64,000 nucleotides of DNA, from the NCBI GenBank assembly GCA_038496445.1, contig JALMLS010000015.1, positions 558,001-622,000 of the forward strand. Reading direction: 5' to 3'. The translations under genes and the position numbers were made by a program. Shown here piece by piece: positions 24,270 to 37,031 of this stretch (positions are counted from its first letter, which is position 1; every line of letters begins with the position of its first letter). The stretch is from Trichosphaerium sp. ATCC 40318. Lineage: Eukaryota; Protista; Tubulinea. Below the pieces are notes generated by a model. That model did no database searches and was not told the DNA's origin. It saw only the letters and a program-made list of their open reading frames with translations.

Positions 24270-26808
24270 CTATGTAGACTGATGCTTGTTTCTCAAAGAC
24301 CAAGGTAATACCGCATTTCTGAAAGGAGGAATAAAGAATGCAGCAACAAAGAAAATGATGATCAACTAAAGGAACAAAATAAGAAAGAGAAACCATGAAA
24401 AAGAAAACAGGTTGATTTACCAATACGAGTCCACCAATTGTCGCTCCAATGACGATACCCAGAGTACTACTACTTCCACTACTGCAGTTATCTGTAAAAA
24501 CAAAAAGATCGAGGCTAAATTGCGGATTACAAGGTAGAACGTTAGAATTGAAAGTACCCTGTTGCTGATTGTTGTTGTTGAGTTTCAACACATTCATGAT
24601 TTGACACTTTAATGTTTGCAGCTCCAATGATACATGGACACTCAATAGCTTTGATGACAGTATCAGATGATGTATCAACTCCAGATATATCAATGACGAA
24701 TGAACTGTTTGGTTGTATCACTAGGCATCCTACACAGAAATTACCCTGGAGCAGTTATGTGACTTGTAGGACAAAGTCGTTCCCAGTTTATATGAAAATT
24801 ACCTTCTACTGTCAACGTGGCACTTTCTTGATCTTCAAAGACCAATATAACATCACCATAGTTTGTAAAGTTACCTTGAACAATGATAGGATCATCAATT
24901 GTTACAACTACTTGAGAGTTCACTTTAATATTGGCATTGAACGAACACATATTACTGCTGCAATCGAGGCATGTACTATCAACACACTCGATCGTTGTAT
25001 TTACTGGAGCTAAAACTGTACTTAGAAAACGTGTCTGATACTCCGGCCAATACTTACGTGTAATTGTGGTTGGTGCCAGAGGTGGTACTGTTGGTGGTAT
25101 CGATGCTGGTATAAATAGTATTAACAAATTATTCAGTTAAGGTAACTAACGTATGCAAGCGAACAGCTGTGATGTTGTATTTAATAGCAACACATACTGA
25201 GAACCAGATCCTGTTACAGTGAGTACCTTTTAAAAGATTAGCTAGTAAATCCTAAAAGTAACGATCAACTCACAACAATGACGCAATTGTCCCTATCGAA
25301 TACACTATGTATTGCTTGAAATCCAGGAGTTGCGTCAGGTGATATCGCTGTAGGACTCTAAAAGGATAAGAACCCGTTAATAACATGTAATTTCTTCGAA
25401 GGGCGTACATATCCAGGGGGATAAGTATCAAAGTGCAAGTCACCCGCCATTGCGGATATCTGGAAAATAACAACAAAAGAAGATACGCCACTCGGAAGAA
25501 CATCAACAGCGTTGAAAACAGTGTTTGTCAACACACTTTCTGGTGGAGAAATATCCAGTGTTGTACAATTGTGGTTGATAGAATAGCTCGTTAGTAATGT
25601 GTCTGATTCATCAAGCTCTTGAAACAATAGTGTATTGTTGTATTGATTGTACGTAAGACGTATTTCTGCTGGTGGTACACTGAGTGACAGAATACCAATA
25701 TCTTCCTGTTTTTGTACGTTAGCATTTTCAAAGCATATTTAACATTAAGTTGCGTACAATTTCTGCGTTAAGTATTGCCTTGAATAAGATTTGAGTTAGA
25801 TTGTCTGGGTTTTGACTTGCAAATACAAAACATTCTTCTGTCACTGCAAATGCTGTAACGTTTGTTGGTATTTCAACTAGTGTATTAATTAGGTTAACTT
25901 AAACAAAGCCAACTTACTTGGAGGAACAGTTACGTCAGAAGTATTTGGGTCGTTGTATTCAATAAATACATTGTAAAAAATAAGTGGCGGCGCTGTTCTT
26001 GTTGTGATACCACTCACCACCACGTCCTCATTAACTTTTTGAAGTAACGTTTAGTTTGACATAATTAGTCTAGATAGAATGAAGCGTACGCTCAATAGCC
26101 GATAGAGACCCAAGTGGCTCAGTTAGCAGGGATTTTCTTCTTGAAATGTCAATAGAAAGCGTCTGGAAGGGAAAGTGTTAATTGGACTGTGGTGCTTTTA
26201 ATAGTACTCCGTCACGTACTTTGTTTAAATTTGGTGTCAAATAGTCCACAAACATTTCACCAGCCCCGCTTTCATAAACAATTTGAAACTCGCTATCACT
26301 TGGCGCTATGTCGAAGTTGTTTGGTATTTTGAAATTGGAAACATCTGGAATGAATAGAGGCTCAAAACTGCGTGTTCCAGAGCGCAACTCTAAAATCCCA
26401 AAAAACCACGTTAGAATTTTCAGTGTTTACAATAATTTAGTCACGTGCCATCTCTCGACACTACAGTAATCGCGACTCCATTTTCATTAGAAACTAAAAA
26501 TGTAAATTAAACTCGACTTGTGTCGTTTTCTGAAGTTGATGTTCGTACATGCTTTAGACGCGTAGACATAGTACACTTCGCCTGTTTCCATGCGTATCGC
26601 CGAAACTGAAGGAGAGCCCACGTTTGAAATAGTAGGTGTTAGCGTCAGGTACGTTGTATCAAAAAATGGAGCTTCAATAACAACCCCTCCTGCTATTGTG
26701 GCAGCTACAAAAAAAGCAGTGTAAGAAAAACAGATTATTGGACAGCTGTGGTGTTTTACTTGGCATAGACAATAGCAAAATCGCCAATATGATGATTTCA
26801 GCCGACAT
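24270..26808 (-). CDS. Type I surface protein family, paralog C
   Basis: Same exon series and motifs; tail ends PWSLRNKHQST*. Confidence 0.8.
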
Positions 26809-27080
26809 TTGGCAAGATTGGCGCTTTTGTAGAGGTGTTTTTTGTGTGAATCCCTTTACGAATTCGTTATTACAAGGGTAATGGTAAACGAGTCCAAATT
26901 AGTCTGTGACAGTTTCAATTAACAAACGCTTTGTCACGTGATAAGCACAGCGAAACTCTTTAGCCGAAAGTGTCTTCACATACCGAACTAAAGTTTATTT
27001 TATTTATAGAAATACAGTAGCGCATCAACTAAACCACACAAATGGTTTTGGAAAATTGGAGATTGAAGCAAAAAAAAAGT

Positions 27081-29020
27081 TTATGGATTAAGTTGTAGCA
27101 TTTGGCTTGAGCTTCTGTAAGTTACTCTTGCTGCTTCACGGAGTACAGATCTTGATTTTTTTACTACGCCAGGTGTTGCATAACTCTAGGTGATAGAGTG
27201 AGAACCAGCAAGCTGAACGTCAAAGAAAAAAATAGAAACAAAAGAAGTCAATCGACTATGTACTTTACTTGATGGCGTGTAATACGTGCGATCCATCAAA
27301 ACCATAAGGTATGTAAAAAAATAGAAAACGAAGAACTATGATTTTTTGAAGAGCGTGTTAAGAGGAAAAAACCGACGCACCTCAAACTTCGTCGATACAT
27401 CTTTATCATCACAATTCATTTGTTTTTCCATATAGTCTTTAACAATATTCTTTGCCTCTTCGTCATAATCAAATTCAATATCAATAATACGTTTCAATAG
27501 AAAGAGGTTATCTCTTAGAGTCATAAACATAACTGTAGCAAGAGAAACAAAATCCTTTAACACATGTTTTTCAATAAATTTACCCAAGTTCGCATCAAAC
27601 TTAGGAAATGCAACCAGTTTACCAAGTCCTTTTCTTTCTGTCTTACCACCAACGTATCCACCTTGATCTATCCGTATAAGATAGTCTTTATTACCTAAAA
27701 ACAACAGACATAAGAAAAAGAAAAGAAAAAACAGAACGTTGACAAGCTTGATTGTTTTGACAAGTAAATCACGTGCCTCTGTTGTTTACAAGAAAATTGT
27801 CTTTGTGGGCGTCTCTTATCCCAAATGAATAAACAAACATTAGAGTAGCAGCCATTGACCTCAAGAAGGTCTTGTCTATACCATTGCCATAGCTTAGCTT
27901 ACTGTTATTAACAGCCTTTGCTTTTCGCCGTAAATAGTCATAAAAGTTCCCTGAATTATCGAGAAATTCAATAATACCCCAAGCGTCATTATGTGCAATA
28001 ATCTTAAAGCAACCAAGAGAATCAGACATACCTAATCTTTTTTTAGAGTCATATTAAGGATAAATCACGTGAATCTATTTAGAGAAAGATTGACGTGTTT
28101 AGTACCAATATCTCTAAGGATTTCTCTTACTGCATAATTAACTGTACTTAACGCTGCATCTGCTCTCAGGTCGTCTTTTTTAAATATAATCTTGTGAGAT
28201 GGTCTTCCAGCTGAGAAACATTCTAGTAAAAGCGGTCTCTTTCCAGAGTCAAAAAGCTTTAATGGAACAATCTAATACCAAGTCATTTTTTACAATGAAA
28301 ATAACGAAAAGTGGAGTACTCTACCTTCTGTAGTTTACACCCAGTTATCGGACATCGTATTTGCTTTCCTTGACAAAATTTTTTTGATGCCTGAAGGGAA
28401 TCTGACGATTTCTACCAGCAGGTTAGTCACAAACGAACTCAAAAGTTTTTCAAAATAATTTTTCAGCAAAAGTATTTTGATACAACGTACAGCGAGTTCA
28501 GAAAAGAAATTGAGCGTCTCATCTATTTGCGTCTCAACCCGTACATTTGTAAAATTATTTTTAATCCCAAGTTCACGTAATAAGTAGCTCAATACCCTAA
28601 ATCATTCGTAAAAACATAAAATAACCAAAAACAAAAGCTTTTGTCAAAAAAAAATGAACAAACTTGTTTTTTTTGTTGATTTAGGTTGTCAGTACCATCG
28701 CTGATTTTCTGTTAAACCACATGTGCGATCAAAACCCTCCACGTGACTCATTGGAAATTTCCCCTAACGAATTGTGTTTGTATGTGCCAAAATGTCAAAA
28801 AAACGGCCGTACCTCGACCGACTCGTTAGCGCTTGGCTGATAGGACAAATATCAGTATCGAACTAAACTACAGTGACTAAGAACACACCTTTTTTTCAGC
28901 ACCTCTTGAGTTTCGTGCTCTAGATAATGACCTAGCTTGAGATTTCGAATCTAAAGTACCATAACACCATTCTCCATGATAAGACGTTACAGTTGGTGTT
29001 TGACCCATAAAAATCGCCAT
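27081..29020 (-). CDS. Minimal, divergent PI3/PI4-kinase-like catalytic domain protein
   Basis: LFDSGKRPLLL, IIFKKDDLRAD, WGIIEFL, GIRDAHKDNFLV and IRIDQG occur in PI3K motif order. Both ends are approximate. Confidence 0.75.
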
Positions 29021-29797
29021 AGCTTTTGGGTCACGAACTAGCGAAGGTTCGAACACTTTAATAGAAAAATAAGGTGTCACGTGTGATCAAATATTAATCA
29101 CGTGATGCGTAATAGTAAACAGGAGCAGATAAAAAACGAGGCTAATGTTTTTTGGGTTTTTTTCAACGCACCTTTAATACACCTTACTTTGCAAGGCAGC
29201 TTGCTTGACCATCCACCGACGCGTCGTAAATAAGCGTCACAGAATTCTTTCTTGTTTCTGCTGTTATCGGACAATATTATTTTACACAAGTGAAACATAG
29301 CGTCAAAATTAATAGATGCTATGTGTCTAGGCTGTGCGACTAAAAAACACAGTTTAGAAACCGAAAAAAAACCAAAAAACGAAACAAAAAAAGAAAACTA
29401 CCAACCGACACATTGGTTGAAATAAAAACACGTGAAGTGTATCGTTAACGAAAACAATACAAGAAAAAAGATTATCATACCTCCATCGAACCATTTGTGT
29501 AAATAACTATCGCACCTTCGTGCTTTAGGTGAAGCCATGCTACCCAAGGGAAGGATACGGCGCGTGATAGAAGTACAAAAATATAATAATAATTATGTCG
29601 TAATTTTCGCCAACAATCAAAAAAAAGAAAAGTCAACAGACATTCGCGATATCACGTGTTTTGGAAAAAAAATCAATTACCAAGTGCGTACGTTAGTGTT
29701 AGCTTTAGTTTTCCGTTCTACACATGGATATTGCTCCAGCTATAACATTTGAAATTCTAATTGTATTTTTTTTTCCTAGTTACGCTAATATCGCCAC

Positions 29798-32554
29798 ATG
29801 TTAACAGTTGGAAGCCTGTTGGTGATTATATTATCTTGTTTGCCGCGTAAGGTATTCCAAATTTAATGGTTCTTATACTCGTTTTAGTTTCTACTTTAGC
29901 AGGCGGAGGCGAGCTCCTTGCTCCTTACACTAATACCAAAAATGTGACAGAAACAAACGATCTTAGCAATGAAGGAAATCCAGACATGGCTGCCATACGC
30001 GTGACAACAGGCGAACTATATTTCGCTTACGCTACCCAAGCATGTGCGCAATTGTAAATCACACTTCCATCTTTACCCGTAAAAAGCTAAGAATTGTTCT
30101 GTGAGACTAACTGCTTTGTTTCTTCCAAAACAAAAAAACAAAGGCAGTCATGTTTTGTTTTGAACAAGAGTGCTTTGATGACTTTATAGTAATTTAATTG
30201 CCTAGTAAGGTCTCTCGTTGAAATTGGTAGTACGATCGTTGTAGTTTCGCCAACCGGCACGTTTTATTAAAATTGTAATTACTTATTGTGTTCATCTAGA
30301 GTTGCAGACAGGAACACGCAGTTTTGAGCCACTATTCATTCCAAACGCTTTTAATGTTAAAATACCAAACAACTTGCACACATTGCCTGGTGATAGCGAG
30401 TTTCAAATTGTTTATGAAAATGGGGCTGACTTGTTTTTGGATTATTTAACTCCAAATCTAAACAATAGAGTACTTCCAGAATAGCTGAGTTTATGTAAAC
30501 TAACGGCCTTCGAGACAATATCTTTGGACATATCAAAGAGGAAACTGTTACTTGATAAACTTGATTCTCTCTCGGTCATTGAGTGTACGTTATACCCTAT
30601 CATTCTCCCAAGTCAAACTAAATGATTTTGATTAGATAATGATGACGTGGTGGTAACTGGTATAACAGAGCTCGCAACTGAAATCGTTATAATCACTGAA
30701 TACAAGGACCCAATGACACCTGATATGGTAGTTCCAGGTATGCTCTTTCAATACCATAGCTCAAACCACTAAACACAAATAGTTCCCATAGCATCAAATG
30801 TTTCAGCGTTAGCTATTGTAGAAGATTGCTTTATACTTGCGAGTAACAAACCAATGGATGCAGATGAAGTACTAATTAGAGCAGTTGTTGGCACAAATGT
30901 GGTACTGTTTGCGAGAACTAGCAGATAGTTAATACATCTTTTACATAGATTGATATCGACACTGTTACACTTGATACACTGGCAAAACAAATAATCCTTA
31001 CATACAACGAATTGAACAATACATTATTACTTCAAATTGTGGATGTGGATAGCATACTTTATCAATTCGCTATTACCACAGATTGTAGTACTATGGATGC
31101 AGCCAGTGGTGCATTCGTTGACGCAGATGGTTTATTTAGTGGTGTTGAGGTTTTTCCTAGTAACGAAGCTACATTCATTACACTGTTCCAATTAGGGAGT
31201 GTCAACTTTTTTCAAGTGGCACTATATCCTTTTACAGTGGTAAGGTCTTAACATGTTAAACCAAACTTTATTGAATATCTTTTTTTAGGTTAGTTTTGTA
31301 GAAGTTCCTGGAGCTGCTACTGCAGTAAGAAGCTTGAAAGGTGTTTTTGATAGTGACAATTGTGTTGTTAATGTATGCCATTCCTTTCTTTTTCTTCATC
31401 TCAAACACAGTTTTGAACCATTCAAGTCCCACAGAACCAAGACTCTTGGGTTTTTTTACAATCTAATGCTTTTTAGATGCTTGTTGTATCAGGCAATGGA
31501 GATCAGTTTGTTTTTTTTTTGACACCAACTACAGGCGCTCAACTTATTTTCATTTGCACCAGTGAGTATATAGTTTAGTTTACAATGAGACAGCTTTAAC
31601 ATTACTAGAAACTCAACCAGCGCCGCCAACAGCAGCACCAATGATACCAAGCACATTACCGCCAACACTTGCACCTTTGACATCACCGGTAACGGACGCA
31701 CCAACTACAGGTAACAACCATTCTAGTTCATACTTTTTATTGGTCATTTGAACTAAAGCTGTATCATTAGTAAATACAACAATTGAGTGTGTTGATAGTA
31801 CTTGCCTTGATTGTGCCAGTACAATGGATATGTGTTCGTTTAATGACAACATTGTTGTGAATCCCCAAGTAGTCGTAACAATTGATGATCCCACCGTTGT
31901 TCAAGGTAACTTTATAAACAATGGTGATGTTGTATTGGTCATTGACGATCAAGAAAGTACCACATTGACGGTTGAAGGTACTTTTCACAATACCTATGTA
32001 TATTTTACTGTTTATGCTAAAGCAATATTTTTACTGCTTTTTTTAACTATTGACGCATAATTGCTGCTGTGTAGGATGTCTAGTGATACAACCAAACAGT
32101 TCATTCGTCATTGATATATCTGGAGTTGATACATCGTCTGATACTGTCATCAAAGCTATCGAGAGTCCATGTATCATTGGAGAGGAAAACATAAACGTGA
32201 CAAATCATGAATGTGTTGAAACTCAACAACAACGATCAACAACAGGGTACAATTTCCATCTGCCCTGACAACTTAAAACAGTGTACAACAATTCCCTTTT
32301 GTATTCTAATCTATGATTTAGTCTGTCTCTTTTAATTTTCACAGACGACTGTAATGGGAGCATTAGTATGGGTGTCATCATTGGAGCAACTGTTGGCGGA
32401 CTGATATTGGTAAATCAACCTATTCCTGCTTTATTCTTATTATTATTTCCTTTAGTTGATCATCATTTTCTTTGTTGTTGTATTCTTTATCCCTCCTCTC
32501 AGAAAAGCAGTGTTGCCTTGGTCTTTACGAAAAGCACGCCAAAGAGAAACTTAA
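29798..32554 (+). CDS. Type I surface protein family, paralog D
   Basis: Spliced frame open in the exons checked: MLTVGSLLVIILSCLP, AAIRVTTGELYF, GTRSFEPLFIP, P/T stalk, Cys domain, TM, tail RKAVLPWSLRKARQRET*. Confidence 0.8.
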
Positions 32555-33027
32555 TACAAAAAAAGTCTATGGTCATCATTCTTCAGTCCACTTTAACGCA
32601 CCTGGACAGATTCATCACCAATTTTGCTTGTTTTATGTAACAAATCAACATGTTCAAACTAAACTTACAAGTATTTATCCGTGACATTGTTATTAGTACT
32701 TTATGAGGACGGGTTTATTATTGTGTGTTTTGGGTGTTTTTTTGCACATTCTTTCTTTACCTTCTTTTAGCTTCCCTACATGCACTGCAAACGCGGCTTT
32801 ATCAGGTAAAACCTCTTGAGAAATAAATAAAGTTCACGTGATTGTAACTATAAAACAACTTTCACATTTTGAACAACATAGTGGAGCACACTGGCGTGTT
32901 TTGCAATGTGAAGAAAGTTGTGACCTTCCTTATTGGACCATAGTAACAAGCAAGTAGTAAGTAGCTCTTCCATTCTAAGGGTACGCCAACAACTTTCCAT
33001 GATTCTAATAGTTGTTCCTAGATCGCA

Positions 33028-36000
33028 ATGTTGACAGTAAGAGTCTTGTTGGTGATTGTATTATCATATTTACTGCGTAAGGCCTTCTAAAATAATGACT
33101 GTTGTTCTTATTCTGTTTAGTTTGTACTTTTGCAGGCGGACCTCGGCTCAATGTGCCATTCACTAACACCAAAAACATGACAGACTATGTTGACCTTATT
33201 AACCGAGGAGCACCAGAAATGGCCGCCATTCGCTTAAAAACAGGGGAACTATATTTCGTTTATGCTTCTCAAGGAGGTGCGCAACTTTTCAGACAGCATT
33301 AATCAATACAACATTGCTTTTTCAACCAAAAAGGAAGTCTTAGAGCCAGATTATGTATGCAGTCCACTTTTAAAACAAAATTATTTTGATGTTGAAAATA
33401 GTTTTTTATGATTGACGCTTGATTAAATAGTAGCCATACATACTTTAAATAATATATAGAAATTATGAAACATTCACAAACAGTGATGTAGCGTACAATG
33501 ACTCTAAAAAATAGTTCAATTTTGTGCCTTTTTAAGCATTGTTTAGCTAAGTCATACTTATTGCACGCATTATCAATTATGTTTTCATCACTTTGAGTAG
33601 GTGTCAATGATCGCATTTAATAGCCTACAAGAATGTTATTGAAAAGTAAACGCACAATAAAGTGCCTCAAATGTGGGAGTTTGTTGAATGATATTTGATG
33701 AAACAAAAGGTTTACTATTCTACACTGATGTTATATGTGATGTTCTACACTATTCTTCATTTTAAAATGAGTATATGGCGTAGTGGTGCCACTATGATCA
33801 ATTGTAAAAATACACATGCCAATAGCAATTGCATCAAAAGTACTCACTTACATTTTTTTTTCCCCAAAGTTATCGGGCAATCAATTTTACATCTCAGGAA
33901 TTGCCTTCAATATACTCATATGTGTTGCAAGTGATGTATTTTAGCTGGCACTTTTTTGCGTTTTAAAAATGGATCAGTTTTCTACATCTGGAATTTTTCG
34001 TAAAACCAATATTAAAGGCTAGGGCCAAAACGGTCCAAACTGCGAATATGTAGAAATAGAAGTATATGAGCTGTTTATGTAGTTTAGAGAATATCGATGG
34101 CATCGCCTGGCATTATACCTTTTTTTTGCCTTATTATTTTAAACGGCGTTTTATGCTCGAAAACACATATTCCACGCATGGGTAACACTTATAAAGTATT
34201 GTTCTTTGATTTTAAAGAGCAATTAAATTTTTTAGCCACTAAACGCTGTAAAACCCTTATAACTTCAGTTCCTACGTATTTTGAACTATTAAAAGGCTGT
34301 GTTAATGCGCAGGCATCATGAAACCGTGTTCAAGGAGTTTATGTTGCTACTTTCCTTTTAAGGCAAAAAGTTCTTGCTTAAAAGTAAGTACTTGTTTCCG
34401 CGCTTACAACGTAATTTTATGCTCTCACACTCCACCACCTTGTTTAACAGCACCTTTTAAAGCCGATAAGAGCATGTGGAATGCTTACGTAATCTGGCTC
34501 TAGTAAACCCTCGAATCCAGTGTGGATAAGTATGTGTTAATCATATAAAATATGGGCGACTATCCCCCACAGTGGATCAAGGGTTCTGTCTCTGTTTTTT
34601 GTTTTAGGAGGTTGTAATATTTGCCTAGCAAAGTCTCTTGTGATGGAGGTTCAATTTGGCACTACGCTCGTTGTACTTTCACGAACTGGCACGTGTGATA
34701 TAAAATGTGTACATACTCATCGTTGCTATTATAGAGTTGCAGACAGGAACACGCAGTTTTGAGCCACTATTCATTCCAGACGCTTTTAATGTTAAGATAC
34801 CAAACAACTTGCACACTTCGCCTGGTGATAGCGAGTTTCAAATTGTTTATGAAAGCGGCGCTGATGTGGTTGTGGATTACCTAACTCCAGATCTAAACAA
34901 TAGAGTACTTCCAGAATAGCTGAGTTTATGTAAACTTACTGCCTTCAAGACAATATCTGTGGACATCTCAAAGAGGAAAGTGTTAACAAGTGAAAGACTT
35001 CAATCTCTTTCTGCCATTGAGTGTACGTTCCCTTTATCAAAACGCAACTCTGTCAAACAACAACACTTCACGTCAAAATTTAACAGATTTTCAATTAGAT
35101 AAGAATGACGTTGTGGTAAGTGGTATCACAGGATCCGCGCCAGATTATAATGTACACATCTTCTCTGAATATAATGATCCAATGAAACCTGACATGAGTG
35201 TTAAGGGTATGGCTTATTCTCTATAAGTATTAAACTAATGACCGTGTTTAGTAGCAATTGGATCGAGCGTTGCATCAGTAGCTGTCACAAAAGATGACTG
35301 CACAATATTCGCAAGTCAAACAATAAGGGATGAGGATGAAATTTTGATTAGCGCAGTTGTTGGCACAAATGTGGTACTATTGTACAACTAGATTGTGCTT
35401 ACTAACATTATTTATAGACTAGTCTAGGCACTGTTGTACTCGATGTAATAGCACACCAGATAATTCTTACATACAACGAATTGAACAATACATTATTGCT
35501 TCAAGTTTTGGATGCTCAAGGAAAACTGTCACAAACTGCTATTACTACCAATTGTACTTCTATGCAAATAGCTTCTGGTATGGATCTTACAGCAGATACC
35601 TTATTTAGTGGTGTTTCTGTGTCACCTAGTAACATAGCTTCTTTCGTTACGCTTTACAAAGTAAGAAATTCCGAACTATTTCAGCTCACTACATATCCTT
35701 TTTCTACGGTACGGCTGCTTCTACAGTACCATCGAATTCATTCAATAATACCTTTTTTAGGTCCCTTCAATTTACATTCCTGGGCGTGCCACTTCGCTAA
35801 GAGTGTTAAAAGCTGTTTATGATAGTGACAATTGTGTTATTAATGTGAGTAGTTTTTTGAGTTATTTATAACAACCTTCGTTCTTGGTTTGTTTTATGTT
35901 TCTAAGCGCTTGTAGATACTTCTTGAACCAGATAATGGCGATCAATTAGTTCTTTTTTTGGCGCCCTCTGTAGATGGTCATGATGTTTTCATTTGCACAA

Positions 36001-37031
36001 GTGAGTTTCATGTGATTCAAAATTCGTTGTTTTAGCCTTCAGCAATAAATAGTTTTAACCTATGCTAGAAACCGATCCAATACCACCAACATTGGCTCCA
36101 ACAAGTGCGCCAATGTCCCCAACAAGTGTGACAGTGTCGCCAACACGTGCTCCAGTACAACAAACCACTATTGCACCTTCAAAACTTCCTACAACGGAAG
36201 TACCAACTGCAGGTAAGAACAACAGCTTGGTTTTCGTATCTTTGCTATGCGCCAGGGATCTCGCACTGATAATTTATCATAGGAATTGCGCCGGTTTCGC
36301 CAGTAAATACAACGATTGATTGTTTTAACAGTACTTGTCTCACGTGCAACAGCTCTACAACGGACGTGTGTTCGTTCAATGACAACATTGTTGTGAATAC
36401 TGATGTTATCATAATAATTGATGATCCTATTACTGTTCAAGGCAACTTTACAAACAAAGGTAATGTTGTATTGGTAGTTAAGGATGACGACGATGCTGCA
36501 TTGAAAGTTGAAGGTACTTACTCCATAATTTTACTTGTATCACGTGTTAAAGATATTGTACGCTATTGACTTATATTTGTTGTCTAGGATGCCTAGTGAT
36601 ACTCCCGAACAGTTCATTTGTCATTGATATATCTAAAGTGGATACATCATACGATAGTATCGTCAAAGTTATTAAGAGTCGATGCATCATAGGAGCAGAA
36701 AATATAAAAGTGACAAATCATTACTGTGCTAAAACTAAACAACAACAATCCACAACAAGGTATGTACCTCACTAACTCTCTTCTTGAGTTTGTAACCTAT
36801 GATTTAGTATTTCTCTGTTAATTATCACAAAAGATTGTAAAGGAAGTGACAACAAAGGTATCATCATTGGCGCAATTGTTGGCGGACTCATATTGGTAAA
36901 TTGTTGCATCGATTTGTATGTTTTTTCTAATTGTTTTCTGACAGATTATGTTTGTTTTCCTGGCTATTATATTCCTTGTGCAACGTGTAAGAAAAGCGGC
37001 CGTGCCTTGTTTTGACAGAACAGCAAGCTAA
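33028..37031 (+). CDS. Type I surface protein family, paralog E (intron 2 expanded by a transposon)
   Basis: Same exon series. Intron 2 is 33277-34628 (1352 nt) versus 162 nt in paralog D, and the frame is maintained across it. Confidence 0.78.
33343..34500. mobile_element. Degenerate cut-and-paste DNA transposon, 25-bp TIRs, TA target duplication (IS5/PIF-Harbinger-like affinity tentative)
   Basis: Left end GAGCCAGATTATGTATGCAGTCCAC (33343-33367). Reverse complement of right end GAGCCAGATTACGTAAGCATTCCAC (34476-34500). 22/25 identical. TA flanks at 33341-33342 and 34501-34502. Confidence 0.85.
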
